From a virus (lineage: Duplodnaviria; Heunggongvirae; Uroviricota; Caudoviricetes): a stretch of 14,055 nt of DNA. The notes under the pieces are model-generated. The model saw only the letters and a list, made by a program, of their open reading frames with translations, searched no databases and was not told where the DNA came from. Position numbers and translations under genes: made by a program. The stretch lies in IMG/VR virus record IMGVR_UViG_2690316097_000008. One strand, 5' to 3'. Of this stretch, positions 6,736 to 13,824 are shown piece after piece (positions within the stretch are counted from its first letter, which is position 1; the number at the start of each line of letters is the position of its first letter).

Positions 6736-6763
6736 AAATAAAAAAGCCTTCACTGCGGAAGGC
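6736..6763 (-). terminator. Intrinsic terminator downstream of the small HTH ORF
   Basis: Minus-strand RNA reads gccuuc-cgcagu-gaaggc followed by uuuuuuauuug; the hairpin overlaps the ORF stop codon. Confidence 0.6.
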
Positions 6764-6947
6764 GTCTGTAACAACCGAACTGATAGTCTGCCAGACCCGC
6801 CATAACCAGCTGGGTCAGTATTAACTGGCAGCGTTCGCGTGAAAGGTAAGTATTCTGCGCTATCTCCCCGACTGTCGCCGGTTCGGTAACGCTTAATTCA
6901 TTAAACACCACTCTGGCGGTTTCTGTCATATCCTGCTGTTTTAGCAT
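6750..6947 (-). CDS. Small helix-turn-helix protein (65 aa), putative transcriptional regulator
   Basis: ATG with AAGGAAAAG Shine-Dalgarno 6-7 nt upstream. The segment TVGEIAQNTYLSRERCQLILTQL has HTH character. It lies between the pR'/tR' region and the MTase. Confidence 0.6.
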   Translation of the reverse strand: MLKQQDMTETARVVFNELSVTEPATVGEIAQNTYLSRERCQLILTQLVMAGLADYQFGCYRRLPQ

Positions 6948-7063
6948 GTCTTTTCCTTTTCCGGTTAACGTGACACACCAATAACTCTTGTCGAAAAAGC
7001 CAGCAAGCTGAAAGACAGGTATTCACCGCCACCAGCGCGTTTACTGTACTGACGCGATTTCAG

Positions 7064-7091
7064 TCATAAAAAACCCGCTCGGCGGCGGGTT
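7064..7091 (-). terminator. tR'-like intrinsic terminator about 40-65 nt downstream of the late promoter start site
   Basis: Minus-strand RNA reads aacccgc-cgccga-gcggguu followed by uuuuuuaug (plus-strand hairpin 7072..7091 preceded by ataaaaaa). Confidence 0.6.
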
Positions 7092-7126
7092 GTAGAAACT
7101 CTTCTAACGTCAGGCATAAAACGCCC

Positions 7127-7166
7127 ATCGTTATGACGAATTTACCACAGATTCCGGAAAAATCAA
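7127..7166 (-). promoter_or_regulatory. pR'-like late promoter with lambda-type promoter-proximal pause element (Q utilisation region)
   Basis: Minus strand: -35 TTGATT (7166..7161), 16-nt spacer, -10 TAAATT (7144..7139), then CGTCAT and AACGATGGG at about +1..+9. Recalled lambda pR' is TTGACT...TAAATT TGACTC AACGATGGG. It starts 5 nt after the Q stop codon. Confidence 0.65.
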
Positions 7167-7171
7167 CCTTG

Positions 7172-7993
7172 TTACCTAGTTACCTTTTTTAACTGCCGCT
7201 CAGCCCATGCTTCTTCAATATCAAACCGGGTCACCAGCGCATCATAGAATTTCTTAACTGTTTTTTCCCATGACGCGCGTGTTATCTGGTTTGTCACCTC
7301 GCATATAGCATTAAATGCCTCCGTTGATGGTAGTCTTTCATAGCCACGACCACCACAACGCTGGCAGTCTCTGATAACAGGCATACCACGTTTTACCGAC
7401 TCTTCACGATGAATGGCGACACCACGCCCACGGCAATCCTTACAGGCGGTGGAAACCTCACCCTTTCCGCCACACTCCGGACAGGCAACTTTTACCACCT
7501 CCCTGACTTTTTTCCATTCTTCCCAGTAAGACGGATACACACCTTTCGTACACTTTGCCCATACCGGCGGCTTACCATCCGGATACTGGATCTTGTTTGT
7601 AAAAACCTCGCTTTCAATAAATTTTTTTCCGTGACAGCAGGGGCACTGTTTTTTGCTCGCCGCGCTACGGGCATAATCTTCAAACGCATACGAAGCCATA
7701 ATACGCATCACTGCCGGTTTTATTTCTGCCGGGAGTTTTCTTAACGCCGCCACGCGATCACACCGACTGAGTGCATATTCTGTCAGCAATTCTGTTGCCC
7801 GCTCTCTGTCATTCATACTAATGCCCATTTTCCCAAGGAACGCAGAAACCCCCATCTCAGCCCGATTCTGTGTCATGCCCTGCGCGGCCATCACATCAGT
7901 GATACTCAGCGCATCTTTCGACGTTGAGGCCGATGCATCAGTCAGGCCGGGGGATTTTGGGGAGTAGTATTTCGGTAAATCTTCCAGTTTCAT
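7172..7993 (-). CDS. Q: Late-gene antiterminator Q (QuuQ/Qin-type, zinc-binding), copy 1
   Basis: 273-aa ORF. N-terminus MKLEDLPKYYSPKSP...SITDVMAAQGM and C-terminus ...QLKKVTR match recalled E. coli QuuQ, with several CxxC pairs. Its start overlaps the rusA stop (ATGA) and the pR' promoter follows immediately downstream. Confidence 0.8.
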   Translation of the reverse strand: MKLEDLPKYYSPKSPGLTDASASTSKDALSITDVMAAQGMTQNRAEMGVSAFLGKMGISMNDRERATELLTEYALSRCDRVAALRKLPAEIKPAVMRIMASYAFEDYARSAASKKQCPCCHGKKFIESEVFTNKIQYPDGKPPVWAKCTKGVYPSYWEEWKKVREVVKVACPECGGKGEVSTACKDCRGRGVAIHREESVKRGMPVIRDCQRCGGRGYERLPSTEAFNAICEVTNQITRASWEKTVKKFYDALVTRFDIEEAWAERQLKKVTR

Positions 7994-8095
7994 TTTTTGA
8001 CCTGCCCTTCAAGCATTATGGGATAAATCTTCACCCCCAGACGTCCACCAGATACTGGCTGAGCACGAACGATATTGATTTCATCAAACTGCTCA
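7990..8095 (-). pseudogene. rusA: rusA 3' fragment (about 35 C-terminal codons), cut off by the N run
   Basis: Near-identical to the 3' end of the rusA copies at 8849..8955 and 10592..10700. Confidence 0.6.
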
Positions 8096-8106
8096 NNNNN
8101 NNNNNN
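8096..8106. other. Run of N (11 nt) at a duplication junction
   Basis: Separates the rusA 3' fragment from sequence internal to Q copy 2. Confidence 1.
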
Positions 8107-8852
8107 AATTTCTTAACTGTTTTTTCCCATGACGCGCGTGTTATCTGGTTTGTCACCTCGCATATAGCATTAAATGCCTCCGTTGATGGTAGTCTTTCAT
8201 AGCCACGACCACCACAACGCTGGCAGTCTCTGATAACAGGCATACCACGTTTTACCGACTCTTCACGATGAATGGCGACACCACGCCCACGGCAATCCTT
8301 ACAGGCGGTGGAAACCTCACCCTTTCCGCCACACTCCGGACAGGCAACTTTTACCACCTCCCTGACTTTTTTCCATTCTTCCCAGTAAGACGGATACACA
8401 CCTTTCGTACACTTTGCCCATACCGGCGGCTTACCATCCGGATACTGGACCTTGTTTGTAAAAACTACGCTTTCAATAAATTTTTCCCCATAGCAACAAG
8501 GGCACTGCTTTTTACTCGCTGCGCTGCGGGCATAATCCTCAAAAGCGTACGAAGCCATAATGCGCATCACTACCGGTTTTATTTCTGCCGGAAGTTTTCT
8601 CAACGCCGCCACACGATCGCACCGACTGAGTGCATAATCTGCCAGTAATTCTGTTGCCCGCGCCCTGTCATTCATACTGATGCCCATTTTCCCCAGGAAC
8701 GCAGAAAACCCCATCTCAGCCCGATTCTGTGTCATGCCCTGCGCGGCCATCACATCAGTGATACTCAGCGCATCTTTTGACGTTGAGGCCGATGCATCGG
8801 TCAGGCAAGGGGATTTTGGGGAGTAGTATTTCGGTAAATCTTCCAGTTTCAT
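8107..8852 (-). CDS. Q: Antiterminator Q, copy 2; the last ~25 codons are missing at the N-run junction
   Basis: About 96% amino-acid identity to copy 1 over about 248 residues, with scattered substitutions (G16C, V49F, E64A, H118Y and others), so it is a distinct paralog and not an exact duplicate. The track ORF 8031..8852 reads through the Ns into the rusA fragment. Confidence 0.75.
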
Positions 8853-9223
8853 TTTTTGACCTGCTCTTCATGCATTATGGGGTAAATCTTCACCCCCAGA
8901 CGTCCACCAGATACTGGCTGAGCACGAACGATATTGATTTCATCAAACTGCTCATCGTCCATTAACACTCCCGCATGTGTCAGTGCATCCAGTGGTGCTT
9001 TCAGGATATTGTCCAGGTCACGACGGCGCTTATCCGGTGGCTCTGCAATAATCTTTATCGCCAGTCTTCCGGACAGGCTTAATTTCAGTCGCTGCTGACG
9101 GACAATAAGCGCCACATCCCGGCGATAACGCTCACCGGCTTTTGATACAAAATATGTGTTGTCACGACGTCGCCAGTAAGTATTCACCGTCGGCGGATAA
9201 GGTAAAATAAACTCATGGCGCAT
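8849..9223 (-). CDS. rusA: Holliday junction resolvase RusA
   Basis: 124-aa ORF with ATG start. LPYPPTVNTYWRRR...PDKRRRDLDNILKAPLDALT matches the recalled RusA family including the catalytic Asp cluster. Its stop overlaps the Q start. Confidence 0.85.
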   Translation of the reverse strand: MRHEFILPYPPTVNTYWRRRDNTYFVSKAGERYRRDVALIVRQQRLKLSLSGRLAIKIIAEPPDKRRRDLDNILKAPLDALTHAGVLMDDEQFDEINIVRAQPVSGGRLGVKIYPIMHEEQVKK

Positions 9224-9480
9224 CAGCGCAGCACCTCCTGCACCAGTTTTTCAAACTTTCCGACTCTGGTTTCCAGCTCTGCCACACAGTCCACCAGCTC
9301 ATCTACTGCTTTCTGTGCGCGATGCTTCGCCTGCATCAGTTCCCGAAGCGCGGGTACCATATCTTTACGGATAGCGTCTTTTGTTATGCCCGTTTTTTCG
9401 AGTTGTTCAGCATGACGCAGCATTTCCTGCGCGTGTTTACGCAATTGTTCAGGGGTAAAAGTCATTGTCTGGTTGTTCAA
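9223..9480 (-). CDS. Hypothetical small phage protein, predicted helical
   Basis: Track start at 9480 is TTG with GGAG 9 nt upstream; the first ATG is at 9465 with no Shine-Dalgarno. Its stop overlaps the rusA start by 1 nt. Confidence 0.55.
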   Translation of the reverse strand: MNNQTMTFTPEQLRKHAQEMLRHAEQLEKTGITKDAIRKDMVPALRELMQAKHRAQKAVDELVDCVAELETRVGKFEKLVQEVLR

Positions 9481-9691
9481 AAGAAACGCTCCATCTTACT
9501 GCTGTCAGTTCGTTTATTACTGTATCTGCGCGGATTGCCGGGCTTCATGGGAGTGGAAAGCACCCGTGCACTTTCCTGGTCCACAGGCAGAAAATGTCCG
9601 TAGACTGGCCCCCTGAATCTCCAGACAACCAGTATCACTTAAATAAGTGATAGTCTTAATACTAGTTTTTAGACTAGTCATTGGAGTACAG

Positions 9692-10057
9692 ATGATTGAT
9701 GTCTTAGGGCCGGAGAAACGCAGACGGCGTACCACACAGGAAAAGATCGCAATTGTTCAGCAGAGCTTTGAACCGGGGATGACGGTCTCCCTCGTTGCCC
9801 GGCAACATGGTGTAGCAGCCAGCCAGTTATTTCTCTGGCGTAAGCAATACCAGGAAGGAAGTCTTACTGCTGTCGCCGCCGGAGAACAGGTTGTTCCTGC
9901 CTCTGAACTTGCTGCCGCCATGAAGCAGATTAAAGAACTCCAGCGCCTGCTCGGCAAGAAAACGATGGAAAATGAACTCCTCAAAGAAGCCGTTGAATAT
10001 GGACGGGCAAAAAAGTGGATAGCGCACGCGCCCTTATTGCCCGGGGATGGGGAGTAA
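9692..10057 (+). CDS. insC: IS2 transposase OrfA (InsC)
   Basis: [56 protein letters not shown]... matches recalled IS2 InsC; 121 aa from the ATG at 9692. Confidence 0.9.
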
Positions 10058-10431
10058 GCTTAGTCAGCCGTTGTCTCCGGGTGTCGCGTGCGCAGTTGCA
10101 CGTCATTCTCAGACGAACCGATGACTGGATGGATGGCCGCCGCAGTCGTCACACTGATGATACGGATGTGCTTCTCCGTATACACCATGTTATCGGAGAG
10201 CTGCCCACGTATGGTTATCGTCGGGTATGGGCGCTGCTTCGCAGACAGGCAGAACTTGATGGTATGCCTGCGATCAATGCCAAACGTGTTTACCGGATCA
10301 TGCGCCAGAATGCGCTGTTGCTTGAGCGAAAACCTGCTGTACCGCCATCGAAACGGGCACATACAGGCAGAGTGGCCGTGAAAGAAAGCAATCAGCGATG
10401 GTGCTCTGACGGGTTCGAGTTCTGCTGTGAT
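10015..10431 (+). pseudogene. insD: IS2 transposase OrfB (InsD), N-terminal part only
   Basis: The orfB frame reads ...[44 protein letters not shown]...[14 protein letters not shown] and then meets the N at 10432 and unrelated phage sequence. Confidence 0.75.
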
Positions 10432-10432
10432 N

Positions 10433-10595
10433 TCCCCAGGAACGCAGAAAACCCCATCTCAGCCCGATTCTGTGTCATGCCCTGCGCGGCCATCACATCA
10501 GTGATACTCAGCGCATCTTTCGACGTTGAGGCCGATGCATCAGTCAGGCCGGGGGATTTTGGGGAGTAGTATTTCGGTAAATCTTCCAGTTTCAT
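10433..10595 (-). pseudogene. Q: Antiterminator Q, N-terminal 54-codon fragment (copy 3), abutting the truncated IS2
   Basis: MKLEDLPKYYSPKSPGLTDASASTSKDALSITDVMAAQGMTQNRAEMGFSAFLG; the DNA matches copies 1 and 2 from about 10433 onward. Confidence 0.7.
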
Positions 10596-10972
10596 TTTTT
10601 GACCTGCCCTTCAAGCATTATGGGATAAATCTTCACCCCCAGACGTCCACCAGATACTGGCTGAGCACGAACGATATTGATTTCATCAAACTGCTCATCG
10701 TCCATTAGCAACCCCGCATGCGTCAGCGCATCCAGCGGCGCTTTCAGAATATTGTCCAGGTCACGGCGGCGCTTATCCGGTGGTTCTGCAATAATTTTTA
10801 TTGCCAACCTTCCGGACAGGCTTAATTTCAGCCGCTGCTGGCGAACAATAAGCGCCACTGCCCGGCGATAACGCTCCCCGGCTTTTGATACAAAATATGT
10901 GCTGCCACGACGACGCCAGTAAGTGTTCACCGTCGGCGGGTAAGGTAAAACAAATTCTATGCGCTCGGTCAT
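10592..10972 (-). CDS. rusA: Holliday junction resolvase RusA (second full copy)
   Basis: 126 aa, about 93% identical to the copy at 8849..9223. Its ATG directly follows the stop of the upstream DUF968-like ORF. Confidence 0.85.
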   Translation of the reverse strand: MTERIEFVLPYPPTVNTYWRRRGSTYFVSKAGERYRRAVALIVRQQRLKLSLSGRLAIKIIAEPPDKRRRDLDNILKAPLDALTHAGLLMDDEQFDEINIVRAQPVSGGRLGVKIYPIMLEGQVKK

Positions 10973-12031
10973 TTATGCTTTCCACTTCAGAACACCCGAA
11001 TTTCTCGCGTGCATTAAAAAACGAATCAGCAACAACAGCTGACTGCCGTGTTTCTCTTCAAAATCTTTTACTCCGGCATGTAGTTCGTTACGGCATTTAC
11101 GGCATAACGGAATAACAAACAAATCATCAGCCTTTGTTCCCATCCCTCCCAGTCCATGACCAATGATGTGATGCGGATCATCTGCCTGATTGCCACACGT
11201 CATGCATTTCTGCGTTTTTACCCAGCGCGTGTATACAGGCATCTCTTCCCGTTGTGATTTCTGGCGCTGGAGATACTGAGCCGGTGACTCCGGATCAACG
11301 GCAATGCTGACCACCGTCTTTTCCTGTGGTGGGTTCTGTTGCTGGTGGACGTGAGGCAGTAACGCAATATTTTTTGTGCGCTGCTTCAGTATGCTGGTGG
11401 CTGTCTGCTCTCCCGGTATGATGTCGCTTTCACTGTACACAGAGCGAATTTTTTCCGCACGCAACCCCAGCGAACGACGTAATACCGCTTCCGGTAGCGC
11501 GTCCGCCACCTGATTGCGGACCGCCCACCAGGATAATTCAGCCAGAGATAATTCACGCTCCTGCGTACCGCTTATTGCGTGACCGATGACGTCAATCATC
11601 CATGCTGACAGGTTTTGATGAGCAAGTTGCTCGAGTGATTCGGATGTCTGGTCACGCAGCTGGTTGTCGCAGTGCCAGCACAACACCATTGCGCCGGTAC
11701 CATAACGGTGAATGACGGTTTCGCTGTGATGATAATCGCCGTGTGGCCACTGGCAGGATTTAATATGGCGCAACAGCCAGTCAGACAATGCACCAGCACC
11801 ACCAGCAGCACGAATCACCCGTGCGTTACTGAAAAACGGCAGCAATGTTTTGTCTTCCACCAGCGGCTGGCGAGCGGCAGGAACGACCCCGGACGGCAGA
11901 TTACGCATGCTTTTTGGTTCCGGCTCCACCAGTATTCTGCCGTTATGGAATGCTGACATTGATTCACGGCCTGGCTTAACGATAACCAGACCGAGTTCCG
12001 GTACCAGAACAGGTCGAAGTAATACCCGCAC
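10973..12031 (-). CDS. Lambdoid prophage DUF968-family protein (YdfU-like) with a C-terminal Cys/His HNH-like motif
   Basis: 352-aa ORF. The C-terminus CMTCGNQADDPHHIIGHGLGG...LCRKCRNELH is zinc-finger/HNH-like. Position upstream of rusA-Q matches the Qin ydfU position. The start codon is GTG with GGAGG 4 nt upstream and overlaps the upstream ORF stop. Confidence 0.7.
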   Translation of the reverse strand: MRVLLRPVLVPELGLVIVKPGRESMSAFHNGRILVEPEPKSMRNLPSGVVPAARQPLVEDKTLLPFFSNARVIRAAGGAGALSDWLLRHIKSCQWPHGDYHHSETVIHRYGTGAMVLCWHCDNQLRDQTSESLEQLAHQNLSAWMIDVIGHAISGTQERELSLAELSWWAVRNQVADALPEAVLRRSLGLRAEKIRSVYSESDIIPGEQTATSILKQRTKNIALLPHVHQQQNPPQEKTVVSIAVDPESPAQYLQRQKSQREEMPVYTRWVKTQKCMTCGNQADDPHHIIGHGLGGMGTKADDLFVIPLCRKCRNELHAGVKDFEEKHGSQLLLLIRFLMHARNSGVLKWKA

Positions 12032-12032
12032 A

Positions 12033-12311
12033 TTACCTCCAGATCCGTTGCTGGAATGTGCGGGACGGACGCGTTGGCCGTTCGGAGTAAGGGAGCCTGA
12101 CGGAGATTATCCAGTGACGGTAGTCGAGGCTAAGGGCTTTTTTAACCTCGCATCCGCGCCTGCGGTAACACTGAATGAGCCATTCGGCCTGTTCTTCAGT
12201 GCATGGGGGATGCTGGTACCAATCAGATTTAAATGCGTGAGAGCGCCGCCCGTGCCTGCTGGCAAAGACGGCTGAATTATCAGAATTGTGTAGTCTGGAA
12301 TTTTGCGCCAT
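12033..12311 (-). CDS. Hypothetical Arg-rich small protein (92 aa)
   Basis: ATG with GGAGAAAG Shine-Dalgarno; translationally coupled to the DUF968-like ORF. No family recognised. Confidence 0.5.
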   Translation of the reverse strand: MAQNSRLHNSDNSAVFASRHGRRSHAFKSDWYQHPPCTEEQAEWLIQCYRRRGCEVKKALSLDYRHWIISVRLPYSERPTRPSRTFQQRIWR

Positions 12312-12377
12312 CGGCTTTCTCCGGTGGCACAGTGTTACTCAACAGGGGTTCAGCCCTGCGCTGAATTGTAGATGAAT

Positions 12378-12638
12378 TCACTCATCTTCAAAAGCAGAAA
12401 AACCAGCCTTAATCCCAGCTTCTTTCAGAGACGGCAACGATGTGACAAATTCATTTGCACGCGAAATAAAACCATCCGTCACAAGCCCATCCACAAAATG
12501 AATTAACGCAGCTCCACTCTTCCTTTGTTGAGACTGTAAACATTTAATACGGCAGTGGCTGACAATAGCGCCATTCTCAACGCGCACAGTATAGAGGCCA
12601 TCTTCACTAAAAATTTCACGTAATTCTTCGATTTTCAT
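12378..12638 (-). CDS. Hypothetical small protein (86 aa from the ATG)
   Basis: ATG at 12638 with GGAAGGA Shine-Dalgarno 8 nt upstream. It sits between hokD and the DUF968-like gene, the slot occupied by rem in the K-12 Qin prophage; the product was not compared with Rem. Confidence 0.55.
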   Translation of the reverse strand: MKIEELREIFSEDGLYTVRVENGAIVSHCRIKCLQSQQRKSGAALIHFVDGLVTDGFISRANEFVTSLPSLKEAGIKAGFSAFEDE

Positions 12639-12754
12639 CAACAGAATCCTTCCAGATAAATAGCACTCCCCTGTTCGGGGTCCATCCCTCTTCTCCCTGC
12701 GCGCTACTTAAGTATTTTTGATTCTATTCCGGCACCATCTAAAACTTCAAACGC

Positions 12755-12790
12755 GTTGAAAATAAAAACAAAAACCCGCCGAAGCGGGTT
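12755..12790 (-). terminator. Intrinsic terminator downstream of hok
   Basis: Minus-strand RNA reads aacccgc-uucg-gcggguu followed by uuuguuuuuauuuu. Confidence 0.65.
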
Positions 12791-12858
12791 AAGTGTGGGT
12801 GCATTGAGGATGCCTGACCCATCAGAGGTGGCGAGGGATTTCTCCCCCGCCTGGTCTC

Positions 12859-13014
12859 TTACTCCTCAGGTTCGTAAGCTGTGAAGACAGCGACCTCCGT
12901 CTGGCCGGTTCGAATTCGTACCTCGCAGAGGTCTTTCCTCGTTACCAGTGCCGTCACTATGACGGTTAAACAGATGACGATCAGGGCGATTAACATCGCC
13001 TTTTGCTGCTTCAT
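12859..13014 (-). CDS. hokD: Hok/Gef-family type I toxin, HokD (RelF)-like, 51 aa
   Basis: MKQQKAMLIALIVICLTVIVTALVTRKDLCEVRIRTGQTEVAVFTAYEPEE matches recalled E. coli HokD. AGGAG lies 9 nt upstream of the ATG at 13014. The track ORF extends in frame to an ATG at 13071 with its own GAGG. Confidence 0.85.
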   Translation of the reverse strand: MKQQKAMLIALIVICLTVIVTALVTRKDLCEVRIRTGQTEVAVFTAYEPEE

Positions 13015-13305
13015 AGCCTGCTTCTCCTTGCCTTTCGGCACGTAAGAGGCTAACCTAGATTTGCCGTTCATAGATTGAGCCTCAGATTAATGTTAAGCGT
13101 CTTGCCGGACGCGTAATGTTAACTGGGGCTTTTCTCTATCTGCCTTTTGGTGTTCATGCCTGAGACAGATAGCCTCAAGCACCCGCTGCAATTCTACTTA
13201 ACTCTCCTTTTCCCGCAAACCGTTTTTATCCCCAGCGGCAAATCGAATACACCACCAGCGCCACCGCCATCGCAATTCCTACCGTTGTTAATGCTTCAGG
13301 CCAGG

Positions 13306-13650
13306 TCATCGTAAAATATCCTCCACGCTTATCAGTCCGTTCCGCTCCAGATAACTCATCGCCTTATCCGGTAATTTGCAGTCTGGCTTCGCTTTTCTCA
13401 GTTGCCAGGTTAACTGCTTTACCAGCATGGTTAACTCATCGACCAGACGCTGATATCCCACTGGTTTGTATTCATGCAATTTACCGGCTGGCTCTGCTGC
13501 CAGCGATACCAGTGCGATTTCCAGAACAGCAATATCCATCTTATATGTGCGGATGATGTCATGGTCGATTGTGCCCGGTATGCACAGTCTCTGTGCTTCA
13601 ATAGTCTCCTCTGCGTGAGCTATTAACTGCTCTCTGGTAAAAGTCGTCAT
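13306..13650 (-). CDS. Hypothetical phage protein (114 aa)
   Basis: ATG overlaps the stop of the upstream 55-aa ORF (ATGA). Its N-terminal half is paralogous to that ORF. Confidence 0.6.
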   Translation of the reverse strand: MTTFTREQLIAHAEETIEAQRLCIPGTIDHDIIRTYKMDIAVLEIALVSLAAEPAGKLHEYKPVGYQRLVDELTMLVKQLTWQLRKAKPDCKLPDKAMSYLERNGLISVEDILR

Positions 13651-13814
13651 GCCGTAGCCCCTTCTTGATATTTTTCAAACCAGAACACAACCGGCTCTGC
13701 TTCCAGCGATGCCAGCGCAATCCGTGCCAGTTCCATTTGTTCACCACGGGTAAGCCCGTTTTCAAGCGGGTTTTTAATGAACAATTCAATACGTTCTTTG
13801 GTAATAGTGGTCAT
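13647..13814 (-). CDS. Hypothetical small protein (55 aa), paralog of the N-terminal half of the 114-aa protein
   Basis: Manually translated: [55 protein letters not shown], with AAGGAG 6 nt upstream of the ATG at 13814. Absent from the ORF track because it is under 60 aa. Confidence 0.55.
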   Translation of the reverse strand: MTTITKERIELFIKNPLENGLTRGEQMELARIALASLEAEPVVFWFEKYQEGATA

Positions 13815-13824
13815 GTGTTACTCC

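Larger units (their letters stand above)
9601..10431 (+). mobile_element. IS2 (IS3 family), left 831 bp only; ends abruptly at a single N
   Basis: Left inverted repeat TAGACTGGCCCCCTGAATCTCCAGACAACC... at 9601, insC orfA, A6G frameshift site AAAAAAG at 10009..10015, and the orfB N-terminal region. The right ~500 bp of the 1331-bp element is absent. Confidence 0.9.

Noticed and set aside
7409-8648. Plus-strand ORFs of 111 and 126 aa and a minus-strand 65-aa ORF inside the Q genes
   Set aside because: They are antisense to, or out of frame with, the Q antiterminator copies and are duplicated only because Q is duplicated.
9322-9650. Plus-strand ORFs of 93 and 61 aa upstream of IS2
   Set aside because: They are antisense to the small phage ORF and span the IS2 boundary; there are no translation signals.
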